Below are positions 27,050 to 35,986 of a stretch of 64,000 nt of DNA, piece after piece. The DNA is from an uncultured Smithella sp. (GTDB lineage Bacteria; Desulfobacterota; Syntrophia; Syntrophales; Smithellaceae). Position numbers and translations under genes: made by a program. Within the stretch, counting starts at the first letter, position 1. Every line of letters starts with the position of its first letter. The stretch lies in the NCBI GenBank assembly GCA_964394715.1, contig CAYMYR010000004.1, positions 7,007 through 71,006 on the forward strand, in the 5' to 3' direction. The notes beneath the pieces are model-generated. The model worked only from the letters and a program-made list of their open reading frames with translations. It was not told where the DNA came from and did no database searches.

Positions 27050-27826
27050 ATGTGTTTTCCCCCCCCACGCGTCATACTGTTATTTATCCTGTTCATTCTC
27101 GTCTGCGGATGTGCTGCCGGGAAGCGTTTCTCTTTGCCTTTTGGACCACCTGAAACATCTTTAACTACGATGGTTCCGGTCCTTCAGGAAACAGACAGGA
27201 TTGTGGCTACGGCGGAAATTGACCTGAAGACAGAACAGGGACATTATCCGGTTCGGGCTGCATTGATTATGCAGAAACCCTCCTATCTGCGACTGGAGAT
27301 ACTGCCGGTGATCGGTACTCCCGATTTATATCTGGCGGCCACACCGGATCATCTGCAAATATTTATTCCGTCGAGGGAAGAATTTTATGCAGGGAAGCCA
27401 TCTGCCGAAAACCTGGCCCGTTTTTTACCATGGGGGTTCAATGTTGAGGATATTGTAATGATTCTTACCTGCAGCCTTTCCCCTTCCGGCGGGAAGGAGT
27501 TTCTCCGGGCAAGCGATCATGAGGATGGCCTGACGGGATTTGATCTGAAAAGCCCTTCGGGTTTTACGCAAACATTCTGGATGGACAAAAGCGGTAAGGT
27601 GAAAAAGCTGATCCGCCATGATACGGATGGCAAAGAAATGTTTCAAGTAAGGTACGAGGATTACGCATCAGAAAGCAACCTGGCTGGAAAGATAACGGTT
27701 ATTCGTACAGACCAACTGACAAGTATTTCTGTAAAATATACGGATCTGAAAATAGTCCGGGAAACGAATTTTGCGGTTTTTGAACTGTCCGTTCCCGCAG
27801 GTATTCAAAAAATCAATTTGGATTAA
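27050..27826 (+). CDS. Outer-membrane lipoprotein, LolB/DUF4292-like
   Basis: 258 aa. Lipoprotein signal ending ..ILVCGC. The beta-rich body resembles the LolB/LolA-fold DUF4292 family, a tentative call. A C8 tract lies in codons 4-6. Confidence 0.45.
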   Translation: MCFPPPRVILLFILFILVCGCAAGKRFSLPFGPPETSLTTMVPVLQETDRIVATAEIDLKTEQGHYPVRAALIMQKPSYLRLEILPVIGTPDLYLAATPDHLQIFIPSREEFYAGKPSAENLARFLPWGFNVEDIVMILTCSLSPSGGKEFLRASDHEDGLTGFDLKSPSGFTQTFWMDKSGKVKKLIRHDTDGKEMFQVRYEDYASESNLAGKITVIRTDQLTSISVKYTDLKIVRETNFAVFELSVPAGIQKINLD

Positions 27827-27919
27827 TTGCATCATGCGTCCGGATGGCCTGACGTAGCTGATTTTCTGTCTGATACTAATCAGCGAATGGTGGTATGTGT
27901 CTTTGCGGAGCGTTACCGG

Positions 27920-27961
27920 AAAAAAAGCAAAATAAAGGGGGCATGAGATGAAGCCCCCTTT
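27920..27961 (-). terminator. Intrinsic terminator of the tol-pal-cpoB operon
   Basis: Perfect 9-bp stem AAAGGGGGC/GCCCCCTTT (27934-27942 and 27953-27961), 10-nt loop. On the minus strand it is followed by a T-rich run (TTATTTTGCTTTTTTT). Confidence 0.55.
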
Positions 27962-27984
27962 CATGCAGCTGTTTGTTTTACAGA

Positions 27985-28869
27985 TTACTTGATTTGCTGA
28001 AGCTTGGCACGTGCGGTCTTTGCCTGATTGGTGTTGGGATAATCTTTTATGACTTGTTGTAAAAGCAGACGTGCGCTTGCCTTGTCGCCCAGGCTTAAAA
28101 ATGAAAAGCCTTGCTTTAAAAGAGCATGAGGCACTTTATTGCTGTTGGGGAATTTTTTGGTCACATTGTCATATTCAAGAATGGCTTTTTCGTATTGCCT
28201 TTCATTAAAATAACATTCACCAATCCAGAATTGCGCGTTATCAGAATACTCTCCTGTGGGATATGCGGCCAGAAAACTTTGAAAGGCTTCCCGGGCTTTT
28301 GTGTAGTTGCCTTTTTTATACAGCTGATAAGCTGCTGCATACTGTGAAGCTTTGCTCTGCTTGTCGGAAGAAGTATCCTGCGGTAAGACGGAACCATCCA
28401 TGCCACCGTATGAATCTTTCTTGCTGATTTCCAGAAAGTTTTCGATGAAATTGATTTTCTGCTCTAGCTGCTCCAGCCTTTTATGGTATGTGCTGTCTCC
28501 TCTCGCATCCGGGAAAGAACCCTTTTGCATCGCCTCGACATGTCCACGCAATTGCTGAACCTGCTCGCGCAACTCCGACATGTCTGCACTGGTGTTGGCC
28601 TGTCCTTTTCGCATCGTCTCGATAGCTTGTTTTTGTTCTTCCTGCATCATTCGCATGCGGATGTCCAAGGCGGCAATTTTATCCTCCACTTCCCGATTTA
28701 CTTCCGTACGGACATTTTTCAAGTCAGAGGACGTAGCGCAGGATGTGAGCAACGCCACCATTACCGTGAATACAAGATACAAATAACGTTTCAAGGCTTT
28801 ATCCTTTAACCCCCTCATACGGAATGAGTGTTCTTTATCCTTAAATTGCTTTGATATCATAACGTTCAT
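27985..28869 (-). CDS. cpoB: Tol-Pal system protein CpoB/YbgF (TPR, coiled coil)
   Basis: Signal/lipobox (..ALLTSCAT), coiled-coil segment, C-terminal TPR region (YAAAYQLYKKGNY..A...F..F...YP....NAQFWIGECY). Lies directly after pal. The start is uncertain (28887, 28869 or 28818). Confidence 0.75.
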   Translation of the reverse strand: MNVMISKQFKDKEHSFRMRGLKDKALKRYLYLVFTVMVALLTSCATSSDLKNVRTEVNREVEDKIAALDIRMRMMQEEQKQAIETMRKGQANTSADMSELREQVQQLRGHVEAMQKGSFPDARGDSTYHKRLEQLEQKINFIENFLEISKKDSYGGMDGSVLPQDTSSDKQSKASQYAAAYQLYKKGNYTKAREAFQSFLAAYPTGEYSDNAQFWIGECYFNERQYEKAILEYDNVTKKFPNSNKVPHALLKQGFSFLSLGDKASARLLLQQVIKDYPNTNQAKTARAKLQQIK

Positions 28870-28914
28870 TTCACACCTTGCCGGCATGCTGCAAGGTGGT
28901 TCATCAGCTCATTA

Positions 28915-29427
28915 CTATTTTAAATGGAATTCCGCACGTCTGTTTTTAGCCCATGCCTCTTCTGTGCTTCGGGGATCCAGAGGATTTTCTTCGCCATAAC
29001 TGATGGCCTGCATGCGCGATGCGCTGACGCCGAGGTTCATCAGATATCGCTTGGCTTCCTGAGCCCGTCTTTGTCCGAGAGCCATGTTATATTCGGCAGT
29101 GCCCCTTTCATCACAGTATCCCTCAATGACAATCTTTCCACTTTTGTGGCTAAAGATTGTAGCATTGTGTTTGAGTGTGTCGCGTGCGTCCGGACGAATG
29201 TTGGATTGATCGTAGTCGAAGTAAATGTTTTGGGGAGTTAAAAGAGCCGCGTCTCTCGCTCTCATGGCAGCCTCCCGCTCCGCCTGTTCGCGTGCCCTCC
29301 GGGCGGCTTCGTCTTCTGTGGCTGCATCATCCCTTACCACGGCTGATTTATCCGCGCAACCACCGAATATGGTTAAACAAAATGCAAAAACAAGAAATAT
29401 CCCAATCACTGCTAAATATTTTTTCAT
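28915..29427 (-). CDS. pal: Peptidoglycan-associated lipoprotein Pal
   Basis: Lipobox ..FGGCAD. OmpA-like domain NIYFDYDQSNIRPDA...GYCDERGTAEYNMALGQRRA. Confidence 0.9.
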   Translation of the reverse strand: MKKYLAVIGIFLVFAFCLTIFGGCADKSAVVRDDAATEDEAARRAREQAEREAAMRARDAALLTPQNIYFDYDQSNIRPDARDTLKHNATIFSHKSGKIVIEGYCDERGTAEYNMALGQRRAQEAKRYLMNLGVSASRMQAISYGEENPLDPRSTEEAWAKNRRAEFHLK

Positions 29428-29649
29428 GATCCTCTCCTTTCAAGGTTTGAAAAAAGTAAATTTAATTTATTATTGTAAACATATCTTTCCGAATTTCGTC
29501 AATAAAAATAACAGGCATCTGAATTGAATACGAGATATTTTCAGTAAGGCGACAAGCAAATCTGATTTTCAGCATTCATTTCCAATTTCAGGATGAACAT
29601 GGTGTTTCCTATACGGCAAAGATGAAAAAAATTCAACCCCCATAAAAAA

Positions 29650-30966
29650 TCATTTTAATGAAGGAGACCAGGAAGGCATGACCAGATGGTTTGCACTCTC
29701 GAAGAGAACCCGTGTTTTCATGCCGTTGGCATTGATGATGCAAATACGGCTTCTGCCGCCCTGACGGGAACTGAAAACAATCTGTCTGCCGGATGGGGAC
29801 CAGGACGGATATTCATTGTCTGCATTGTCAGAAGTCATCTGCATCAGGCTACCGCCACCTTCATCAACGGTGAAGATTTGATATCTCCCGCCCGCAAGAC
29901 CCTCATACGCAATTTTACCGCCGCGGGGAGACCAGGAAGGAGATGTATTGTATTTCCCGTGAAAGGTGATTCTTCTTTCACCGCTGCCGTCTGCATTCAT
30001 GACAAAGATTTGCGGTGACCCGGAGCGATTCGATACAAATGCAATTTTTTGTCCGTCGGGCGACCAGGTCGGAGAAACGTCAATAGAATAGCTGTTCGTC
30101 AGGCGCTTGATCTGCATGGTGCTGATATCCAGGACATAAATATCTTCATTGCCGTCTTTGCTCAGCGTCAGCAGAAGTTTTTTACTGTCCGGCGAGAAGG
30201 ATCCACATAGATTCAGGCCCTCGAACGAAGCAACGGTTCTTTCACTGCCGGTTTTCAAATTACGCAGATAAACCTGTGGCCGTCCGTTTTTGTATGATGT
30301 AAAGGCAAGATATTGACCGTCCGGCGACCAGCGGGGCGATGTAACAATGCTCTGATGACCTGTCAAGTTGTTCATGCCCGATGCATCGTAGTTCATCGAG
30401 TAAATATCAGAACCGGATTTTCTTTTAATGATAAAAGCAACTTTTGTATTAAAATCTCCCGCATCGCCTGTCAACGCAATCAGGATATCGCGGGCAATGG
30501 CAAGCGCAAGGGGTTTTGTGTCGGTGCCCGGGTCCGAATATCTTTTATTAAAAAGCATTTCACCCCGTGCGACATCATACAGGCGGGCCTCTGCAAGCAT
30601 GTCTTTTCCTTGAGTCAGGTCACCCCGCACCAGGAAATCCGCCCCGATAGCCGTCCATTCCTGAAAACGGATTTTTTCCGGGTATCCCGGTTCAACGCCT
30701 TCCAGGAAACTTTTTTTGTCCAGGATTCTAAAGAGCCCCGTCATATCGAGGTAGTTTTTGATTTCATCGGCAATCGCGGAATTAAGGCCTGAAGAAGTTG
30801 GTGCCACCGTTTTTTTATTTTGAAAATCACAAACCGCAATGGGGAATTGTTGAAAGCCGGGTGCGTCAATATCAATATACACCTTGGCCAGGGCGTCGTT
30901 GCGGGTGCCGCAGATCGTAAGGAAAACGAAAAGGATTAATATCTTAACAATATTTTTTTTATCCAT
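29650..30966 (-). CDS. tolB: Tol-Pal system beta-propeller protein TolB
   Basis: 438 aa. Signal peptide, N-terminal TolB domain, then repeated P.WSPDG blades (SPRWSPDG, SPTWSPDG, SPSWSPRG, YPSWSPSG). Confidence 0.9.
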   Translation of the reverse strand: MDKKNIVKILILFVFLTICGTRNDALAKVYIDIDAPGFQQFPIAVCDFQNKKTVAPTSSGLNSAIADEIKNYLDMTGLFRILDKKSFLEGVEPGYPEKIRFQEWTAIGADFLVRGDLTQGKDMLAEARLYDVARGEMLFNKRYSDPGTDTKPLALAIARDILIALTGDAGDFNTKVAFIIKRKSGSDIYSMNYDASGMNNLTGHQSIVTSPRWSPDGQYLAFTSYKNGRPQVYLRNLKTGSERTVASFEGLNLCGSFSPDSKKLLLTLSKDGNEDIYVLDISTMQIKRLTNSYSIDVSPTWSPDGQKIAFVSNRSGSPQIFVMNADGSGERRITFHGKYNTSPSWSPRGGKIAYEGLAGGRYQIFTVDEGGGSLMQMTSDNADNEYPSWSPSGRQIVFSSRQGGRSRICIINANGMKTRVLFESANHLVMPSWSPSLK

Positions 30967-30995
30967 AAGTATTCATCATCCATCAGTGAATTTGT

Positions 30996-31835
30996 TCAGC
31001 GAAAGTCCTCGGAGTGAAACCGGATACCAAAGTCGATGAAACTCTCGTTTATCCATCCGGCAAGCGGAGGGAAGGGTGCGGATTTCTTTACTGCGCGCAT
31101 GGCGGATTCATCAAAATAGGTGTTGCCGGAGCGTTTTTCAAAATCGATGTATTCCAGTGCTCCGCTCCGTGCTATTCTTACTTCAATAATGGTTTCTATA
31201 TTGTTTTTCGGCATCATCGTGGGCGGTAAGGTCCAGTTCTTTTTGATTCTGGCCCAGACGAAGCGGCTGTACTCGTCAATTTTTGACGCGTTGGCAGACG
31301 ACGATGCCGCGCCAATACGGCCGCTTGCAGATCCGTAAGGAACACCCGGTGTCTCGCCTGTTCCGCTTCTCGCAAGTTCTTTTCGACGCAGGGCATCGAT
31401 TTTTTTCTGAACATCCGCTTTAGAAAGCTCTTGTCGGCGGATCGCATCAATTTTCTTTTGAAGATCCGCCTCCCTGATATCTTTGCTTTTGTCTGTAATA
31501 ATATCCTTAACCGTGTCTTTCAAGGAGTCTTTTTTTTTAGTTATCGGAACATCTGAAGGGGATTCCAGTTTTTGCTTCAGGATGATGGGAGGTTCCGGCG
31601 CGGGAGGCTGAAAAATGTCTTTCGGCATGGATGTTCCCCGCGGCGGCTGCAGAACTTCAGGGCCTACGAGCGCAACGGAATAGGGGGCACCGAAGGTCAG
31701 CTGCCTGGATGTTCCGGGCACGGTGATGATGATGGCGGCAATCGCAATCAGGTGAAGAAGAACGGAAGCGAAAAACATTTGGTAGGGACTGCCGGTATTA
31801 CCGAATGAGCCTTTATGGAACAGCCGGAACGTCAT
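30996..31835 (-). CDS. tolA: TolA (TonB-family C-terminal domain protein)
   Basis: N-terminal TM anchor, Pro-rich and charged helical linker with a tandem 17-aa repeat, TonB/TolA-type C-terminal domain. Sits between tolR and tolB. Confidence 0.7.
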   Translation of the reverse strand: MTFRLFHKGSFGNTGSPYQMFFASVLLHLIAIAAIIITVPGTSRQLTFGAPYSVALVGPEVLQPPRGTSMPKDIFQPPAPEPPIILKQKLESPSDVPITKKKDSLKDTVKDIITDKSKDIREADLQKKIDAIRRQELSKADVQKKIDALRRKELARSGTGETPGVPYGSASGRIGAASSSANASKIDEYSRFVWARIKKNWTLPPTMMPKNNIETIIEVRIARSGALEYIDFEKRSGNTYFDESAMRAVKKSAPFPPLAGWINESFIDFGIRFHSEDFR

Positions 31836-32254
31836 TTCATGTCCTCGGGCGGTTCCGTTATCATTCCCAGTTTGTCGACGCCGGCTTTGCGTATTTCCGA
31901 CATGACTTCAACCACAAAACCATAGGAAACATTTTTATCGGCTCGCAGGAAAATCTCGCGGTCAACCCGCTGTTCAAAAATGGCGGCAAGTTTTGTGTTG
32001 AGATCCTGCAGAGACATCCGGGTTTTGTTGAGGAAAATTTCTTTGTTTTCGTTGATGCTCAGAATCAGTTTCTCTTCTGCGAGATCTACGGTTTTTGACT
32101 TGACGCGCGGCAGATTGACATCGATTCCCATGGAAAGCATCGGCGCCGTCACCATGAAAATGATGAGAAGGACGAGCATGACGTCAACAAGCGGAGTGAC
32201 ATTGATGTCCGCCATGGATTTATTTTCGGAATTTCTTCTGCGTGAATGCCGCAT
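31832..32254 (-). CDS. tolR: TolR (ExbD/TolR family)
   Basis: INVTPLVDVMLVLLIIFM TM segment with the conserved Asp. 140 aa. Overlaps the tolA start by 4 nt. Confidence 0.85.
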   Translation of the reverse strand: MRHSRRRNSENKSMADINVTPLVDVMLVLLIIFMVTAPMLSMGIDVNLPRVKSKTVDLAEEKLILSINENKEIFLNKTRMSLQDLNTKLAAIFEQRVDREIFLRADKNVSYGFVVEVMSEIRKAGVDKLGMITEPPEDMK

Positions 32255-32275
32255 GATGCTTTATCCTGAAAAAGT

Positions 32276-32995
32276 TTATTTGCTGATCAGATGGCGCTCG
32301 ACGATGTTTAAGAATTCATCGGCAAAATTATCCATTTCCTGCACCATCGTTTTAGATTTGTTTAAGAAGTAATTGTAGAAAATAACAGCCGGGATTGCAG
32401 CGGCCAGACCTGCCGCTGTTGCAATCAGTGCTTCCGAGATGCCGGGAGCCACAACAGCCAGCGTTGCCGAACCACGTGCGCCAATAGCTTTGAAGGTTTC
32501 CATAATTCCCCAAACCGTACCAAATAGCCCAATGAAGGGACTGGCAGAGCCTGTTGTCGCCAGAAATCCCAGCGAACTTTCAAGTTTGGTCATTTCCGTG
32601 TTGGATGCCCGGTTCAGTGCTCTCTGTACATTATCAATGGATGAGAGACTGATTTCTTCAGGGCGTGCCGTGTCTTTGGACACTTTGTTTATTTTGCTTA
32701 ATTCCGCGTAACCGACACGAAAGACTTCCGCCGTTGTTGAGTGAGGATATTTTTTGGCTGCCGGCACGACTTCTGAAAGTTTATTGCTGCGCTGATAGTC
32801 GGAATCAAAATCTTCGTTCTCTTTCCTGATTTTTCGATAATAACGGAATTTCAGAAAAATGATGGTCCAGGAAATGATAGAAAAGATGAGCAGGATCAGC
32901 AAAACAAATTTGACCATAAAACCGGCATCTGCAATCATGCCTAAAAGCGAACCGTGAAAATTGCCTCCAATGTCTAAAGATCCAATATCTTTCAC
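32276..32995 (-). CDS. tolQ: TolQ (MotA/TolQ/ExbB proton channel)
   Basis: 239 aa, three TM helices, conserved LATTGSASPFIGLFGTVWGI and ALIATAAGL segments. Confidence 0.9.
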   Translation of the reverse strand: MKDIGSLDIGGNFHGSLLGMIADAGFMVKFVLLILLIFSIISWTIIFLKFRYYRKIRKENEDFDSDYQRSNKLSEVVPAAKKYPHSTTAEVFRVGYAELSKINKVSKDTARPEEISLSSIDNVQRALNRASNTEMTKLESSLGFLATTGSASPFIGLFGTVWGIMETFKAIGARGSATLAVVAPGISEALIATAAGLAAAIPAVIFYNYFLNKSKTMVQEMDNFADEFLNIVERHLISK

Positions 32996-33079
32996 TTTGT
33001 TATCTCCGGAAATGTTTTGAAATTTGCGTGTAACCTAAAGGAAAATCCTATCGTTGTCAATACATCTTTTTCCCGGACA

Positions 33080-34018
33080 TCAGAGGCTTTCCGGTGGAAA
33101 GGCCGTGATATCGTCAATTTGTGCTGTGTCGGCCATCAGCATAATTATCCGGTCAATTCCGAGTGCGATGCCGGCGCTGGGCGGCAGGTGTTCCAGGGCT
33201 GTTAGAAATTTTTCCGGTATGGGATAGTTTTGCCAGTGTTTAGCAGCCCGGGCCCCGGTTGCTTTTTCAAAACGCCTTCTTTGTTCGGCTGTATCGGTCA
33301 GCTCGGAAAAACCGTTGGCCAGTTCAAGACCTCCTATATACAGTTCAAATCTTTCCGCCACCGATGGATCGCTCTTTTTGATTCTGGCCAATGCTGCCAG
33401 TTCAGCCGGGTAATCATAAAGGAAAGTCGGTCGGTTGATTCCCATGCGGGGTTCTATATATTGAACCAGTGTTTCATCAAAATGATTCTGATTCAGCGTT
33501 TCGGAAAGACTCACCGGGGAGTATCGGGCAAAGGCGTTTGCCACGGTGATTCTTTCCCAGGGACTTTCCAGATAGATTTTTTTGTTTTGCCAGGTGATGT
33601 CCCGGGGGTATCCCATACTTCTGAAAGCGTCAAGTAGCATGGCTTCACACTGATCCATGAGCTCTTGATAATCGAAGTGTGCAACATACCATTCCAGCAT
33701 CGTGAATTCGGGTAAATGCTTTTCTCCTCTTTCCTGGGCCCGGAAGCATTTGCAGATTTGAAAAATCCTGGGGTAGCCTGCGGCCAGAAGACGCTTCATG
33801 CAGAGTTCGGGGGAGGTTTGTAAAAACCAGCTGCCCGAGGGGATGGCTTCGATGTGTTCTTCCGGAGCGGGTCCGGGTATCCGGACAGGTGTTTCGATTT
33901 CCAGAAATTCCTGTTCGTTGAAGAAATGCCGGATGTTTTGCATGAATCTGGCGCGAAGGCGGAGGTTTTTGGCCTTACGCGCCAGATAGAATTGATCGTC
34001 CTGTTGAGATGTGTTCAT
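33080..34018 (-). CDS. epmA: Elongation factor P--(R)-beta-lysine ligase EpmA (GenX/PoxA)
   Basis: Truncated class II LysRS-like protein (FLEIETP.., CFRAQERGEKHLPEFTMLEWY, GIALGIDR). ATG 34018 (MNTSQQDD) is preferred over TTG 34036. Confidence 0.85.
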   Translation of the reverse strand: MNTSQQDDQFYLARKAKNLRLRARFMQNIRHFFNEQEFLEIETPVRIPGPAPEEHIEAIPSGSWFLQTSPELCMKRLLAAGYPRIFQICKCFRAQERGEKHLPEFTMLEWYVAHFDYQELMDQCEAMLLDAFRSMGYPRDITWQNKKIYLESPWERITVANAFARYSPVSLSETLNQNHFDETLVQYIEPRMGINRPTFLYDYPAELAALARIKKSDPSVAERFELYIGGLELANGFSELTDTAEQRRRFEKATGARAAKHWQNYPIPEKFLTALEHLPPSAGIALGIDRIIMLMADTAQIDDITAFPPESL

Positions 34019-34024
34019 TTTTAT

Positions 34025-34147
34025 GCAGCTTTTCAAAATAATTCAGAGGCAAGGCGCGCGAAGCGAGAAGAGCGAGGCGTATTTTACATACGCTGCAGTG
34101 ATGATGGCTGAAGCGCAACGCAGCATATGGATATTTTGGAAAGCTGC
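34025..34147. repeat. 16-nt inverted repeat closing the whole efp-epmA intergenic spacer
   Basis: GCAGCTTTTCAAAATA (34025-34040) versus TATTTTGGAAAGCTGC (34132-34147), complementary with one mismatch. An inner hairpin GCGTAT-N5-ATACGC lies at about 34078-34094. Confidence 0.6.
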
Positions 34148-34710
34148 TAGCCTTTGACGCGGGTCAGATATTCTCCCGTTCTTGTGTCAATACGGATTTT
34201 CTCGCCTTCTGAAATAAAAGTCGGTACCAGAATAGTATATCCTGTCTGCACCTTGACCGGTTTGGTTGCGCCGGAAACCGTGTCACCCTTGGCCCATGGT
34301 TCTGCTTCTGTAACAATCAGCTCAACGAAATTCGGAAGACTGATTCCGATGGGACGGTCTTCGAAAAGCAGAATTTCCGCCTCTATGTTGTCGAGCAGGA
34401 AGTTTACCGAATCTCCGACCTGATCTTCCGTCAGATAAACCTGTTCGTAGCTTTCATTATCCATAAAGCAGTATTTGTCACCTTCTTTGTAAAGGTACTG
34501 CATTTTCTTTTCACGCAGGTCGGCCGGTTCAAAGACATCAACGGAACGGAAAGTTCGTTCAAACTGATTGCCGTTGATCATGTTTCTGAGTTTGGTGCGG
34601 TACAGGGCCTGTCCCTTGCCCGGTTTGACAAAATTGAATTCAACAATCACATACGGTTCGTTGTCAATCTTCAGGCGCAGCCCTTTTCTTAAATCGCTGG
34701 CGGTGTACAT
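34147..34710 (-). CDS. efp: Translation elongation factor P
   Basis: 187 aa. Canonical KPGKGQA loop with the modifiable Lys (K32 here). Confidence 0.95.
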   Translation of the reverse strand: MYTASDLRKGLRLKIDNEPYVIVEFNFVKPGKGQALYRTKLRNMINGNQFERTFRSVDVFEPADLREKKMQYLYKEGDKYCFMDNESYEQVYLTEDQVGDSVNFLLDNIEAEILLFEDRPIGISLPNFVELIVTEAEPWAKGDTVSGATKPVKVQTGYTILVPTFISEGEKIRIDTRTGEYLTRVKG

Positions 34711-34782
34711 AAAAATTCTTTCTCCTTCATTCCTGGCAATCTATTAAATTAGTTTAAATTATTCGTGTTCTTCCTAATCTAA

Positions 34783-35874
34783 TTATTCGAAATTGTCAAA
34801 AAAATCTTGATGTTTCTGCAAATCATTTTTTAACGATCCCGACAGGGCCAGGATAGGGACTTTTCCTGACTGCCCCGGCAGGTCGACAACGTACTGGGGC
34901 ATCGCCAGACCGGAACAATTTTTAAGTAGGTTTTCCATCATGTTGAGTCCGGTGGTCAAATCTGTACGGAAATGGTGGCAGCCTTTTGCCGGATCGCAGT
35001 GAAAAAGGTAATAAGGACGGACAGATATCTTTTGCAATCCGTATAAAAAGCGACGCATAACGTCTTTGTTGTCATTCACCCCTTTCAGAAGAACGGACTG
35101 ATTGGAAACGGGAATGCCGGCTTCCTGAAGCATATTGCAGGCCCGCCCGGCATCCGGGGTGATTTCGGATGGGTGGTTGAACTGCGTGTTGAACCACAGA
35201 GGTCTGTATCGTTTCAGCATGCGGCAGAGTTCTTTTGTGATGCGCATGGGCATAACGGCCGGCGTGCGACTTCCGATCCGTAAGACTTCCAGATGCGTTA
35301 TGGTTGCAAAAGATGACAGGATCATCTCCAGGTGATGATCATCATAGGTCAATGGATCGCCGCCGGATATAATTACTTCCCGGATTTCAGGCGAATCGGC
35401 CACATATCGGACCATTTTATCCAAACGGTTCTTTAATGTGGACGGGTCTTTTTTCCCCCAGAATCGTTTGCGGTTGCAGTGTCGGCAATTTGTGGCGCAG
35501 GACCGGGTAACCATTGCCAGAACACGGTCCGGATAGCGGCGTATCAGCCCAGGTACCGGCATGAAGTCATCCTCATTCAGCGGATCATCCGAGCAACGAG
35601 GCGAAACGGCAACTTCTTTTTCATCAGGGATGCACTGCAGTGCCAACGGATGGTTTTCATCATCCGGTTCAATCAATGACAAAAAGTAAGGTGTGATCGC
35701 CATCGGATAGGTACAGAGCACGCGGCGCAGTTTTCCCGGCCGGGGTACCAATCTTTCCGTTATTTCAGCCAGTTTACCCAAGGAAGTGACACGGTTTTGA
35801 AACTGCCAGCGCCAGTTTTTCCAATCTTTTTCAGAAGCATTACGATAGTGAGAAAGAATGATTTTTTTATTCAT
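34783..35874 (-). CDS. epmB: EF-P beta-lysylation protein EpmB (KamA-family lysine 2,3-aminomutase)
   Basis: Radical SAM CxxxCxxC (CATNCRHCNRK). KamA-family N-terminus (WKNWRWQFQNRV). Lies immediately upstream of efp. Confidence 0.85.
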   Translation of the reverse strand: MNKKIILSHYRNASEKDWKNWRWQFQNRVTSLGKLAEITERLVPRPGKLRRVLCTYPMAITPYFLSLIEPDDENHPLALQCIPDEKEVAVSPRCSDDPLNEDDFMPVPGLIRRYPDRVLAMVTRSCATNCRHCNRKRFWGKKDPSTLKNRLDKMVRYVADSPEIREVIISGGDPLTYDDHHLEMILSSFATITHLEVLRIGSRTPAVMPMRITKELCRMLKRYRPLWFNTQFNHPSEITPDAGRACNMLQEAGIPVSNQSVLLKGVNDNKDVMRRFLYGLQKISVRPYYLFHCDPAKGCHHFRTDLTTGLNMMENLLKNCSGLAMPQYVVDLPGQSGKVPILALSGSLKNDLQKHQDFFDNFE

Positions 35875-35986
35875 AAGAGTTCAAGCCATTTACGGCAAGT
35901 TGCGTATCACAATTTCATGTTCATGCAAAGGAAATCCATTCGTTTACGGAACAAAAAATTATGGGAAATCAAGCGCTGAACATGAT

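Noticed and set aside
28005-28023. TGGCAC motif suggestive of a sigma54 -24 element
   Set aside because: It lies on the plus strand inside the minus-strand cpoB coding region. The spacing to the nearest TTGC does not fit GG-N10-GC.
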